IMG/VR virus record: IMGVR_UViG_3300044997_001199
Coordinates: 124,001-188,000 of that record
DNA: 64,000 nt
Direction: 5' to 3' (one strand)
The stretch's first letter is position 1; every line of letters starts with the position of its first letter. The position numbers and the translations under genes were made by a program. A model generated the notes under the pieces. The model did no database searches. It was given only the letters and a program-made list of their open reading frames with translations, and was not told where the DNA came from. This document shows, piece by piece, positions 36,550 to 45,914 of the stretch.

Positions 36550-38867
36550 AATTTACAGGATTCGCATCCTTCCTCGTCGATATATTCGTTTGATACCGGC
36601 AGCAACGATACGTCATTGTCTGCGGCCTTGGCACCTTGTTTGTTAACTAGACTGTAATAAAACGTCTTGAGACCCCAGCGATGTGCCTGCATGAGATTGC
36701 TAGCGATCAAGGTCGTGGGCACTTTTCTTTCAGAAAACCAAGCCGGGTTGTAAAATGTATTGGTCGAAATCGATTGGTCCACGTAGGCAGCAAGCACCGC
36801 AGCAGTTTTGATATACCCGATACAATCTGTTTGTTCCCACATCAGTTGATAGCGATTTTTTAGCTTGTGATACTCAGGAACCACCTGGGTAAATGATCCT
36901 GCCTTACTTTCCTTGGTAGAAATCAGGCTCATGGGCAGTTCGATACCGTTGGTGCTATTGATTACCACTGATGATGACTCCACTGGAGCAATGGCCATCA
37001 AAGTGGCATTTCTCACTCCGTGTTGCTTCATCAGATCGCGCAAGGGTTCCCAATCCAACTCAGGTGCAAAATCGGTCAATTCGTTGACCGCTTTGGCTCG
37101 TAGTTCCCAGGGGAATTTGCCTTGCCCGTAGCGAGTGCGATCGCTGTGCCGGCAAGCGCCGCGTTCCCGGGCCAATTCCACTGTGGACTCAGTGAGATAG
37201 TATGCCTGATGCTCCATCCAGGTCTTGACCTCTTGAAGGGCATCACTTTCGCCGTAGCGCAGGTTTCGCTTGGCATGCCAGTAGGCCAAGTTGGTTATGC
37301 CGATGCCCAGCGGCTGGATTTCTTCGTTGCTGAGCTTGCTCTGAATGCTGAGAAAATCTTGATAATCTAAAATATTGCACAGACTGCGCTGTAGTATACG
37401 ACAGGCCCGACGCATGTCTTCGGGGTTGCGAAATGCTCCCCAATTGATAGAGCCCAATGTACACAGGGCGATACGGCCTTCGGGGTCGTCCAGTCGTTTG
37501 AACGGCCGGGTGGGCAGCAGGATTTCGCAGCAGAGGTTGCTCTGATAAATGGTGTGGTATCCCGGATCAAACGGTCCTTGATTCATGACATTGTCAATGA
37601 ATACCAGATAGATACGTCCAGTGTCAGTGCGTTCTTTGAGTATGCCGCCCTTGAAAACTTCCTCTGCACTCATGACCTTTTTTCTCAATTCTGGCCTGCG
37701 TTCGTATTGTTGATAGAGTTCTTCAAACAACACAGTGTCGCGATAGAATGCTTCGTAGAGATCAGGTACTTCGTTGGGATCAAAGAATGTGATGTTTCCG
37801 CGATTGCGAAATCTACGCCAGAACATGGCATTGAGTACCACTCCATAGTCCATGTGCCGCACACGGGTCTCCTCGGTTCCCTGGTTGTTCTTCAACACAA
37901 TGAGATCATCAAACTGATAGTGCCAGATTGGGTAGAACACCGTGGCCGATGCATTACGGATACCGCCCTGGCTACAACTGCGTAGATCGCCGAACCATTT
38001 CTTTAAAAATGGAATCATGCCAGTGTGCATGATTTCGCCGCCGCGAATGGGTGCGCCCAGTGGACGCAGGCGACCAATTTCCAGACCAATGCCAGCACGT
38101 TTGCTAGCATACTTGGCCATCATCTCGCCGCTGGCAAATATACTGTCAAGATCGTCGTCGCTGCGGATGAGCACACACGAACTGAACTGCTTGGTGGGGG
38201 TGCCCAGGCCGGCCAACACCGGGGTAGCAAGAGTAAACAGCCCATCACTGGCACAGTTATAGTATTCCTTGATGTATCGCATGCGCGACGAATTGGGTTC
38301 TTCTCGGTGAAACACTGTTGCTGCAGCGATCATGTATCTGACTTGAGGAGTCTCGTAGATTTCTTTGGTGGCTCGATTGCGCACCAGATATTTTTCTATC
38401 AACTGCTCGATAGCAGCGTATGAGTACTGCTCGTCCTTGCTGTGATCAATCATGGTGTCCATGCGATCCCAGTCGTCTTCGTTGTACCATTCCACCAGGT
38501 CGGGAGTATAGAAACCCACTGCGATGTTGCGTTTTACGATTTCGTAGAGACGAGTCGGAGCATAGGTGCCATAGACATCTTTGCGCAGCATGGAAACTCT
38601 CTGTTTGCCTGCTACATATTGATAATTGGTATGTCCAACATCGGGATTGGCTTCCACATCAATAAGATCCACGATGGCTCGTAGCGTGATTCCGTCGATT
38701 TCGCGTGTAGAAATGCCATCATAGAAGTGCAACTGTGCCTTGATTTCGATCATTGACTGACTGACATCTGCTGTTCCTGCACAGACCTTGGCAATCTGTG
38801 CCTGCCACTTTTCCAGTGCCAAGGGTTCACGTTGCCCGCTGCGTTTGACAACAGTTATGTTTTTCAT
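36546..38867 (-). CDS. nrdA: Ribonucleotide reductase class Ia alpha subunit
   Basis: ATP-cone VVKRSG; TPVLAG; FSSC; SNLCCEI; AP.ESSS; KTFYY; C-terminal CESC. Confidence 0.98.
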   Translation of the reverse strand: MKNITVVKRSGQREPLALEKWQAQIAKVCAGTADVSQSMIEIKAQLHFYDGISTREIDGITLRAIVDLIDVEANPDVGHTNYQYVAGKQRVSMLRKDVYGTYAPTRLYEIVKRNIAVGFYTPDLVEWYNEDDWDRMDTMIDHSKDEQYSYAAIEQLIEKYLVRNRATKEIYETPQVRYMIAAATVFHREEPNSSRMRYIKEYYNCASDGLFTLATPVLAGLGTPTKQFSSCVLIRSDDDLDSIFASGEMMAKYASKRAGIGLEIGRLRPLGAPIRGGEIMHTGMIPFLKKWFGDLRSCSQGGIRNASATVFYPIWHYQFDDLIVLKNNQGTEETRVRHMDYGVVLNAMFWRRFRNRGNITFFDPNEVPDLYEAFYRDTVLFEELYQQYERRPELRKKVMSAEEVFKGGILKERTDTGRIYLVFIDNVMNQGPFDPGYHTIYQSNLCCEILLPTRPFKRLDDPEGRIALCTLGSINWGAFRNPEDMRRACRILQRSLCNILDYQDFLSIQSKLSNEEIQPLGIGITNLAYWHAKRNLRYGESDALQEVKTWMEHQAYYLTESTVELARERGACRHSDRTRYGQGKFPWELRAKAVNELTDFAPELDWEPLRDLMKQHGVRNATLMAIAPVESSSVVINSTNGIELPMSLISTKESKAGSFTQVVPEYHKLKNRYQLMWEQTDCIGYIKTAAVLAAYVDQSISTNTFYNPAWFSERKVPTTLIASNLMQAHRWGLKTFYYSLVNKQGAKAADNDVSLLPVSNEYIDEEGCESCKL

Positions 38868-38874
38868 TTTTTCC

Positions 38875-39300
38875 TTAGGTAATGCGTTTGACAATATCTT
38901 GTTGGGTGACACTGCGTTTAGTGGTCGGACGATCTGGGCAGATATTTACGATGGTATCTGCTTCCCAATTAAGTGCATATTTTTCTTTATGCAGCAGGAC
39001 TAAATTGTCCGCACCCACTTCAACCAATTTCGCATCCACGATGTCATTTCTTTCTAACATTGCTAGAGTATACATGATTCCCAAGCCTCTAGCAACATTG
39101 CAATATATGTTGTCCTGCAATAGTTGCCAGGGATTTGGCCATTCCCGCCGATCGTCCCAGTGTAGGTAGTAGGTGGTCCACGGGGCCCGGAACCACCAGT
39201 GATTCACACGGGCGAGACAGGATTCTAACTCAAGATCTAAGACCGTGGCACGTAGTTGTGCCCAGTCCGTGAGTCTGGACGTGAAATCAGTGTGCCACAT
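38875..39300 (-). CDS. Hypothetical protein, possible transglutaminase-like Cys motif
   Basis: WP.PWQLL..N.YC.VARG. Confidence 0.6.
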   Translation of the reverse strand: MWHTDFTSRLTDWAQLRATVLDLELESCLARVNHWWFRAPWTTYYLHWDDRREWPNPWQLLQDNIYCNVARGLGIMYTLAMLERNDIVDAKLVEVGADNLVLLHKEKYALNWEADTIVNICPDRPTTKRSVTQQDIVKRIT

Positions 39301-41108
39301 CAGGCCAGATGGTTTAAACTGTAGTAGATAATACCACTGGTTCCAGTCGACGATGCACTGTAGAAAACTGTTGTCACATTTCCTGCGATCGGATCATATG
39401 ATTCAGAAACTGATAGTTGTACCTGTGGGTCCAAATTCTCAACATAATCGTCGCTGTAGGTTGCCACCGCCAGAGAACTGTCATCTGCACTGCCGCCCAC
39501 TGATGTGAGTGTTCCGGTGCGTACGCAGCCTAGCTCTCCAATGGTTCGAGTTATGGTATAATCCATACGGAAAGCCAGGAACCCACCATTGGCCACTGAT
39601 CTGTCCAATGATACTGCAAACAGTGTCTGATCCGTGGCTCCATCTGTTATTGTTGCTTGCTGTCCGGATTCTCGTACATAGGACCCCATCTGTATGTACT
39701 GCCCGCCCGATGTAACGATGCTGGTAGGAATCGTCACATCAAACAGATAGATCCTGGGGTATCCTGGACTTATCTGTGTTTGTGCGACTGTGCGCTGGAA
39801 AGTGTCGCCCAGGCTGATGTTGTCATTGGCATTGATAGAGATTATCGGTGTGGCAGGATTGGCATTGCCAAAGAAATGGTTGCCCACATCGTAAAATGTG
39901 TTGTAGGCCGTGGCATTGAACGAACAATTTTCAATAATCACGCCTTCCTCATAGATGTTGTCAAAAATGTTTTGTACGATCCGGAATCCAGTGGGGCCGC
40001 CGTTGACCGGAGCCGCGTCACCCAGCACTATGCCCTGGTATAGAGTATCAAACTGACCGTTGCTCACTGTGACACCGTGTGTGGCCTGATCGGTGTTGAT
40101 CGCATAAGTGACTCCGACAAATCGACACTTGTCAAGAATGACCTGTCGGCAAGTACGAGCAGATGTGCTCGAAAAACGCACCGCAGCTAGATCTTCGGTA
40201 GCAGTGCCAAGCGATGACTGATCCAGCGGGCCTTGAAAATCCACACTGTCCAGATAAATCTGATCGATCTGTTCCAGCAAACATATGTTATGAGAAACCG
40301 ACGAGTCGTTTCCACTGGTCGCAGTGCGCAGTGCCATGCTAGAAATTTCCACATTGGTAGGATAAGTGGCACCGGCCAGACCGATGTTGACCCCGGTCTG
40401 TTGTTTGCTGTCTGTGGTGCGAACCACATATTCCGGCAATGAAACCGGCGACCAGTACTCTGTATCGTTGAGCAAGATTCCAGTGGCCGGGACCGGCGAC
40501 GTGCTACGATAATAGTTGTCCAGCTCGTCAGCTACCAGCACACCTCCTGCGTAGGCAGTGTTGGCAGCCCAAAGAACGACTTCAAAACTGATGATAGAAC
40601 TGCTAGCGCCTTCGCCGTAGAGTTTGGCATAGGGCGGAATCAACAGAGTATTGGAAATCTTGTAGGTTCCGGCCGGAAAAAACAAACTGCGACGAATCTG
40701 AGTGTTGGATTGCACACAGTATAACTGGAACAGTGCGCGATTAATGGCTGCGGTGTCATCTGTAGCCCCATCGCCGCGCGCACCAAAATCGGTCACGATG
40801 GCATAACTATCCAGCCGACTCTGTAGACTCTGGCTGATTGGCGTGCCCGGGGTGGGTCCAGTTTGCGCTGTGTACCCTGCTGCATCGCCTCGGTAGGTAT
40901 AGGCCGTGGTAAATGCCAACAGGTCAGAAAATTCCGTGAGAATTTCGGTATTTCCGACCACCGGGGCACCTTCGGCCAGAGTACCGTTGCCGATGTAGAG
41001 ACGGCGCTGATCCACAGCCCAGCCAAGCTCTGCGCCGGCCAACGGTTGTGGAAGGTCTTCCTCTAGACCTTTGCGTTGGGTGATTCTACTTACTTGTACT
41101 ATTGCCAC
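39300..41108 (-). CDS. Tailspike/baseplate protein with pectate-lyase-3-like beta-helix
   Basis: N-terminal R.TQRKG...LA.AELGW..D.RRLYIGNG; VTDFGARGDG.TDDTAAINRA; LFFPAGTYKI. Confidence 0.8.
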   Translation of the reverse strand: MAIVQVSRITQRKGLEEDLPQPLAGAELGWAVDQRRLYIGNGTLAEGAPVVGNTEILTEFSDLLAFTTAYTYRGDAAGYTAQTGPTPGTPISQSLQSRLDSYAIVTDFGARGDGATDDTAAINRALFQLYCVQSNTQIRRSLFFPAGTYKISNTLLIPPYAKLYGEGASSSIISFEVVLWAANTAYAGGVLVADELDNYYRSTSPVPATGILLNDTEYWSPVSLPEYVVRTTDSKQQTGVNIGLAGATYPTNVEISSMALRTATSGNDSSVSHNICLLEQIDQIYLDSVDFQGPLDQSSLGTATEDLAAVRFSSTSARTCRQVILDKCRFVGVTYAINTDQATHGVTVSNGQFDTLYQGIVLGDAAPVNGGPTGFRIVQNIFDNIYEEGVIIENCSFNATAYNTFYDVGNHFFGNANPATPIISINANDNISLGDTFQRTVAQTQISPGYPRIYLFDVTIPTSIVTSGGQYIQMGSYVRESGQQATITDGATDQTLFAVSLDRSVANGGFLAFRMDYTITRTIGELGCVRTGTLTSVGGSADDSSLAVATYSDDYVENLDPQVQLSVSESYDPIAGNVTTVFYSASSTGTSGIIYYSLNHLA

Positions 41109-41127
41109 AATGGTGTTCCTTGAACGA

Positions 41128-41844
41128 TCACATATTTAGTATGTAGTATTGTTCGACTCTTTTCCACCAGGCCCGAGTCCAGTGTTGAAATTCGGCACCT
41201 TCAATTACCCACTGCTGATACTGAGGCGGGGTGCTGTAAACTCCTGATTGAGTTTCTGTGGGCTTTACACACATCAGGATCACTCCGCGTTGTATGTGTG
41301 TGCCATGGATTTCGTTGTGCGCTTCGGCATAGGCCGCCAGTTGCAGTTTGTAATCGTCGATCCATTCCTCGCGCTTGGGACGATTGCTTTGTTTAAAATC
41401 CATGATGGCCGGTGTGCCTTGGTGCAGACCCACGCAATCAGTGGTACCTGCGTAAACCCGAGGAAAATACAAAGGAACTTCTATGCCCCAATATTCTGTG
41501 ACTTGACTGAGTCCGTGTTCTATCACGGTCTGTGCCATGTCGTGGCTGGGCCACGAAAACGGATTTGGTCCTCGCTCTTTCATGGCACCGTTGCGAACAT
41601 AGTGCTCGAGATAGGTGTGCATGCGAGTGCCGCGATTGGCTGCTTCTGTGGTTATGGCCTGTGCCTGTGCATGACCCACGCGATCGCGCCAGGCTTGCAA
41701 GGCTTGGCGTTTTTTCTCGGGTTGTGTGCGATCAAGAATGGTAGTGACCGAGGGCAATCGATCGCCAGTGGGAGTAGCGTATAGGCGCTGCCCGTTGACT
41801 GTTTCTCGAGTTAGTGCCTGATAATCAAATTTTGTGGCGATCAA
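41128..41844 (-). CDS. PD-(D/E)XK exonuclease
   Basis: LPSVTTIL; RGTRMH; EVPL; AGTTDCVG; IMDFKQS; QLAAYA; TTG start. Confidence 0.9.
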   Translation of the reverse strand: MIATKFDYQALTRETVNGQRLYATPTGDRLPSVTTILDRTQPEKKRQALQAWRDRVGHAQAQAITTEAANRGTRMHTYLEHYVRNGAMKERGPNPFSWPSHDMAQTVIEHGLSQVTEYWGIEVPLYFPRVYAGTTDCVGLHQGTPAIMDFKQSNRPKREEWIDDYKLQLAAYAEAHNEIHGTHIQRGVILMCVKPTETQSGVYSTPPQYQQWVIEGAEFQHWTRAWWKRVEQYYILNM

Positions 41845-42167
41845 ACGGAAAAACTTTCTCCACAGCCACATCTGGCACTTTCATTGGGGTTAATAAACTC
41901 AAACCCTTCATTTAATCCCTTTTTAGTCCAGTCCATGGTCAGGCCCTGGAGGTACACCAGGCTTTTACCATCGGCCCAGACTGAAACTCCATGACTTTCA
42001 TAATGAAAATGGTCACAGGTGGTGGGTGAGTGGTCCACATACTCCAGAGTGTATGCCAGGCCAGAGCAGCCAGTGGTTCTTACTCCAACCAAGATACCTA
42101 GACCTTTACCTCTTTTATCCAGGGATTCTCTGACCTTTGCAGCGGCTGTTTCAGTTAAAGAAATCAT
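41841..42167 (-). CDS. iscA: Fe-S cluster assembly protein IscA
   Basis: GVRTTGCSGLAY; F.F.NPN...RCGCGESF. Confidence 0.96.
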   Translation of the reverse strand: MISLTETAAAKVRESLDKRGKGLGILVGVRTTGCSGLAYTLEYVDHSPTTCDHFHYESHGVSVWADGKSLVYLQGLTMDWTKKGLNEGFEFINPNESARCGCGESFSV

Positions 42168-42541
42168 TAATGTTTTTTTCGATAATCGGTTATAGCAGCT
42201 CGGATCGCGTCTTCGGCAAGAATCGAGCAATGTATTTTAACTGGAGGGAGTGCAAGATGTTCGGCGATTTCAGTATTCTTGATAGTTGCTGCTTGGTCCA
42301 GAGTCTTACCTTTGACCCACTCCGTAACGAGTGATGAACTTGCGATAGCCGAGCCGCAGCCATAGGTCTTGAATTTCGCATCAGTGATTACTCCATCCTC
42401 TACTTTGATCTGCAGTTTCATGACATCGCCGCAGGCCGGCGCACCTACCATGCCGGTTCCTACTCCTGCTTCGTCCGTGTCAAACGTGCCCACGTTTCGG
42501 GGATTCTCATAATGATCAATGACTTTTTCTGAATATGCCAT
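42167..42541 (-). CDS. iscU: Fe-S scaffold IscU
   Basis: MAYSEKVIDHYENPRNVG; APACGDVM; YGCGSAIASSS; LPPVKIHC. Confidence 0.98.
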   Translation of the reverse strand: MAYSEKVIDHYENPRNVGTFDTDEAGVGTGMVGAPACGDVMKLQIKVEDGVITDAKFKTYGCGSAIASSSLVTEWVKGKTLDQAATIKNTEIAEHLALPPVKIHCSILAEDAIRAAITDYRKKH

Positions 42542-42559
42542 CGTATTCTCCTATACCAA

Positions 42560-42588
42560 ATAGTAAACAACTTGTCATGAGTTGTCAA
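42560..42588 (-). promoter_or_regulatory. sigma70-type promoter TTGACA-17-TACTAT for iscU-iscA, overlapped by an inverted repeat
   Basis: ACAACT-N7-AGTTGT at 42567-42585 covers spacer and -35. Confidence 0.75.
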
Positions 42589-42667
42589 GGGGATTTGAGC
42601 ATGGATATTTATGATGCCCATGCTCTGTGTGTTGAGCATCAAAACCCGACTCGGAATCGTGTTTGTT

Positions 42668-42778
42668 TTATTTTTGCCAGAGCGTCTTGAGACGATCAGT
42701 CCAGGGCCTGGCCCAGGGAGGTTGTGGCCAATGCCATCCTGCAACGATACCAACGATCAACCAAAATAACCACGACAT
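42668..42778 (-). CDS. 36-aa membrane peptide
   Basis: AGGAG SD; MSWLFWLIVGIVAGWHWPQPPWARPWTDRLKTLWQK*. Confidence 0.65.
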   Translation of the reverse strand: MSWLFWLIVGIVAGWHWPQPPWARPWTDRLKTLWQK

Positions 42779-42779
42779 A

Positions 42780-43124
42780 TCAATCTCCTTTTTTAGAGGC
42801 CCGCTTGGCCATGCGTGACACAATATCCCGGGCCTTGTCCACCGGCATTTTGACATCGGTGGATTCGCCGCCTTTGAATACCACGACTCCTGACGCAGGA
42901 TTCAACGGTTCCAACACATTGCTGAGAGGTGGCCGAGATATCATGTCACCAAGATTCGAGGCAGTGACGTTGATACCCAGCTGCCGAGCCATGTTTATAA
43001 ACGCTATCTGACTTATGTGTTTTTTGGTTGCAGTATCTTGGGCACGCCCTGCCAAAAATTCAACCAGACCCAGTAACTTGGCCGTTTCGGGATCCATGCC
43101 GAAATCGACTTCCAGTATGAGCAT
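42780..43124 (-). CDS. Probable head-associated protein
   Basis: MLILEV leader; late operon. Confidence 0.6.
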   Translation of the reverse strand: MLILEVDFGMDPETAKLLGLVEFLAGRAQDTATKKHISQIAFINMARQLGINVTASNLGDMISRPPLSNVLEPLNPASGVVVFKGGESTDVKMPVDKARDIVSRMAKRASKKGD

Positions 43125-43126
43125 GT

Positions 43127-44239
43127 TTATCTGCGAGCTCGACCCAGCGTGCCTTTGGTGCCCATGGACTTTCCGTCAGCAGGCTCTTCCGTGTCCAGAT
43201 CAGTGTCCACAGCAAGGTCCATGCTGTTGTCAGGAGGCATGGACATGTTGGTGTTGCCGGCGTCCATGGCTGCGTCCAAGGTCGGCGTCGCTGGCTGTTG
43301 TCCTGTGACAATCCCCAAGGCCACTTCCAACTGTTGTTTGGCAGCCTGTAGGTTTTTTACTAGACCAGTCAGTGCCGCAGTGGCATCGGTATTGAATTGA
43401 TTGGCCTGATCCATGCCGGTTTGGTTACGTATAGAATCTACCAAGGCCGGTAATTCTTTGAACTGCATCTCAGTGGTGTCCTCCAGCATGCCTTGCATCT
43501 TGTCTACCATGTCCTGAGCGGCCAGCACTACCTGTGCTTGCTGCACTTCGCTTTCGTTGAGAGTGCGATAGGCACTGCGCAGGCGGTTTTCTTGTTGCAT
43601 CAACGCAGCACTGACCACGAGTTTTTGTTCGTCGGGGCTGAGGGTTTGACCACTCTGGCTCTTCTTGAGCGCAGCAGCCAATTTGGGATCCTTGACGTTG
43701 ACCGCAGGCTTGGCAGCAGCAGGCTTGGCCGCGGCCGAACCTGATGATTGGGCAGAGGTAGCCGCACCTGTGGTAGGTACCATTTCTTCACGGATTTCTT
43801 GTTGCATCAACGCAGCACTGACCACGAGTTTTTGTTCGTCGGGGCTGAGGGTTTGACCACTCTGGCTCTTCTTGAGCGCAGCAGCCAATTTGGGATCCTT
43901 GACGTTGACCGCAGGCTTGGCAGCAGCAGGCTTGGCTGCGGCCGAACCTGATGATTGGGCAGAGGTAGCCGCACCTGTGGTAGGTACCATTTCTTCACGG
44001 ACTCGACTGGCCAACGCAGTTTCCATCACTACCAACTTGAGATATGCCGGGTCCTGCTCACGAAAATGATGAATCACAGTTTGTTTGTGTTCTTGCATGA
44101 GACCCCGCACGCGATCTAACATCTGGCAGGCCTGGCGCAGCGTCAGCTGGTCAAATGCGATACGAGTCCCAAAGTGATTTTCAAATACCTTGGTAGCATG
44201 GCACACTGGATCAGACGCAGCGAGTTCTTGCAGTTTCAT
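43127..44239 (-). CDS. Probable prohead core/scaffolding protein with 69-aa internal duplication
   Basis: MKLQEL leader; coiled-coil, Ala/Gln-rich; L-x-E sites. Confidence 0.6.
   Translation of the reverse strand: MKLQELAASDPVCHATKVFENHFGTRIAFDQLTLRQACQMLDRVRGLMQEHKQTVIHHFREQDPAYLKLVVMETALASRVREEMVPTTGAATSAQSSGSAAAKPAAAKPAVNVKDPKLAAALKKSQSGQTLSPDEQKLVVSAALMQQEIREEMVPTTGAATSAQSSGSAAAKPAAAKPAVNVKDPKLAAALKKSQSGQTLSPDEQKLVVSAALMQQENRLRSAYRTLNESEVQQAQVVLAAQDMVDKMQGMLEDTTEMQFKELPALVDSIRNQTGMDQANQFNTDATAALTGLVKNLQAAKQQLEVALGIVTGQQPATPTLDAAMDAGNTNMSMPPDNSMDLAVDTDLDTEEPADGKSMGTKGTLGRARR
43588..44001. repeat. 207-bp tandem duplication (206/207 identical)
   Basis: Units 43588-43794 and 43795-44001; single difference C43730/T43937. 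Confidence 0.95.
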
Positions 44240-44687
44240 TTTGGAATCCTCTAAGTTGTAAGTATTTAGTCAGTGAGATACATTTTTCTAACTGGTTGTT
44301 GATCTGTGCACGATAAAGATTTTTGGCCTGCAGTTTGGTCAGTACTCGATCGCGAAACTGCGGTTGTGAGCTGTGCAGTGCCAATTTTTTTCTTGCTTCG
44401 CAGTCTTGTTCAACAGTCGAATGTTGCTGATCCAGCATGGCGATGCTAGCGGCAAGATCGTGCCGTTGGAGATTTTTGGCCACGCACCAACTCAGTGCCA
44501 CTCGGCGATCGCTGAAATCGCCGAGCACATTGCTCATCGCCAACACACGACAACCATGTTTGGTAGGCCGCAGGGTGAATTTACCAAACGCTATCACGTC
44601 ACGGCCGTCACCGGGCACTATGATCTGACCAAGATATCGGTTCAGTTCGCGCTCGGCCCAGTGCTGTATTCGAGAATCTACATTCAT
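44211..44687 (-). CDS. Hypothetical late protein
   Basis: Coupled ORF. Confidence 0.65.
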   Translation of the reverse strand: MNVDSRIQHWAERELNRYLGQIIVPGDGRDVIAFGKFTLRPTKHGCRVLAMSNVLGDFSDRRVALSWCVAKNLQRHDLAASIAMLDQQHSTVEQDCEARKKLALHSSQPQFRDRVLTKLQAKNLYRAQINNQLEKCISLTKYLQLRGFQNETARTRCV

Positions 44688-44950
44688 AGAGTCCTGACGT
44701 ACTGACTTGTCAACCAACCAATCACTGCCAGCAATACGCCGATGAGGCTGACCCCCCAGCCTATGAGTTGACTGTTGTGCTTTTCGGACATCGAGGTCAC
44801 CATGTCAGCCACTTCCTTGACCAGGCGCTCCATGCTCGTGAGTTTTTCCTCCACGGTTTCCAGTTTGAGTTCCAGCATCTTGTAACGCTCGGCACAAAGT
44901 TCCACGTGTGCTTCAAGGCTCTTTTTTTCTATGTCGCGAGTATCGCTCAT
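44684..44950 (-). CDS. Coiled coil + C-terminal TM protein (XhlA/holin-like topology)
   Basis: LELKLETVEEKLTSME heptads; GWGVSLIGVLLAVIGWL. Confidence 0.6.
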   Translation of the reverse strand: MSDTRDIEKKSLEAHVELCAERYKMLELKLETVEEKLTSMERLVKEVADMVTSMSEKHNSQLIGWGVSLIGVLLAVIGWLTSQYVRTL

Positions 44951-44951
44951 G

Positions 44952-45374
44952 TCAAATCTCCGTTAACGTATTTACCGATTGGAACCAAATATTGCGGTCA
45001 GGATCCTGGATCGACACAACAGATTTTACCCCGGGCGATTCGTCCAGGTTAGTGATCATAGGAATACCCTCGCAGTCGCGATATAGATCTTCCAATTCTG
45101 AGCCACCAAACACTCCGTCATTTTCAACAGTAAATTCAAAACACCAGTGAGTGTCAATCTTGACCGGCACAGAAATGTCCTGCGGTTGGCATCTCAATCC
45201 GATGATTTGCAGCAAGGTTTCCCAGTTGCGCTGTTGATTTCGACTGCGATTCCAAGACTGCTGACCATCCACTAGGTTTCCGTTTCGATCACGGAATGGA
45301 ATCTGCGCGACACGGTAGTGGCCAATCACGCCTGTGGCTGCACAGTCAAACAGAGTTTTGCATCGAAATCGCAT
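44952..45374 (-). CDS. Hypothetical late protein
   Basis: ATG 7 nt after TAAATA box. Confidence 0.65.
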   Translation of the reverse strand: MRFRCKTLFDCAATGVIGHYRVAQIPFRDRNGNLVDGQQSWNRSRNQQRNWETLLQIIGLRCQPQDISVPVKIDTHWCFEFTVENDGVFGGSELEDLYRDCEGIPMITNLDESPGVKSVVSIQDPDRNIWFQSVNTLTEI

Positions 45375-45392
45375 GGCAAGATATTTAACGGC

Positions 45393-45423
45393 AAACAAAA
45401 ACCCCGGATTTTTATATCCGGGG
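45393..45423 (-). terminator. Strong rho-independent terminator
   Basis: CCCCGGAT-N6-ATCCGGGG then TTTTTGTTT on minus strand. Confidence 0.85.
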
Positions 45424-45447
45424 TCATTGTGCAACTGCTGACAACTA

Positions 45448-45846
45448 TTACGATGTGGCTAACTTGAAACCAACACTGGCAGCCGAATCCAGTTGGAAGC
45501 CAGTGTAAGTCACATTGGCAGCCGACAGCAGAGTTGCGGCGTTGGCATATGCGCCGGCAGGGTAGATGCCCAGCGACAAGCGTGTTCCGTCGACTTGATA
45601 GAAAGCCAGGGTCGAAGTCTGTTGCACTGCTTGCAGAACGGCAGCAACGTAACCGTTGGCCGAACCGATCACACCCTGTTGTGTGGCCATGGTAGCATTA
45701 GCGGTAAGCGAGAAGAAGTCTAGCTTGGGACCGGCCATGTTGACCGGAGTACCGGCAGTGGCCGTGGTAGGAGCGATATGACCGTTTTGTACGTCGATCG
45801 CAAATACTGGTTGTGCATCACCATTTACACGAGTTAATGAAGCCAT
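45448..45846 (-). CDS. Probable abundant virion structural protein
   Basis: Own TAAATA promoter, AAGGAG SD, own terminator; Ala/Thr/Gly-rich. Confidence 0.7.
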   Translation of the reverse strand: MASLTRVNGDAQPVFAIDVQNGHIAPTTATAGTPVNMAGPKLDFFSLTANATMATQQGVIGSANGYVAAVLQAVQQTSTLAFYQVDGTRLSLGIYPAGAYANAATLLSAANVTYTGFQLDSAASVGFKLATS

Positions 45847-45914
45847 TTTGTTTCTCCTTGATATATGGGGATTGACCCCTACTGTTATTTAGCGCCCGGA
45901 CCAAAAATCAAAAC

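Noticed and set aside
36546-38867. Intein or group I intron in nrdA, nrdB or the helicase
   Set aside because: The proteins are of normal length with contiguous motifs.
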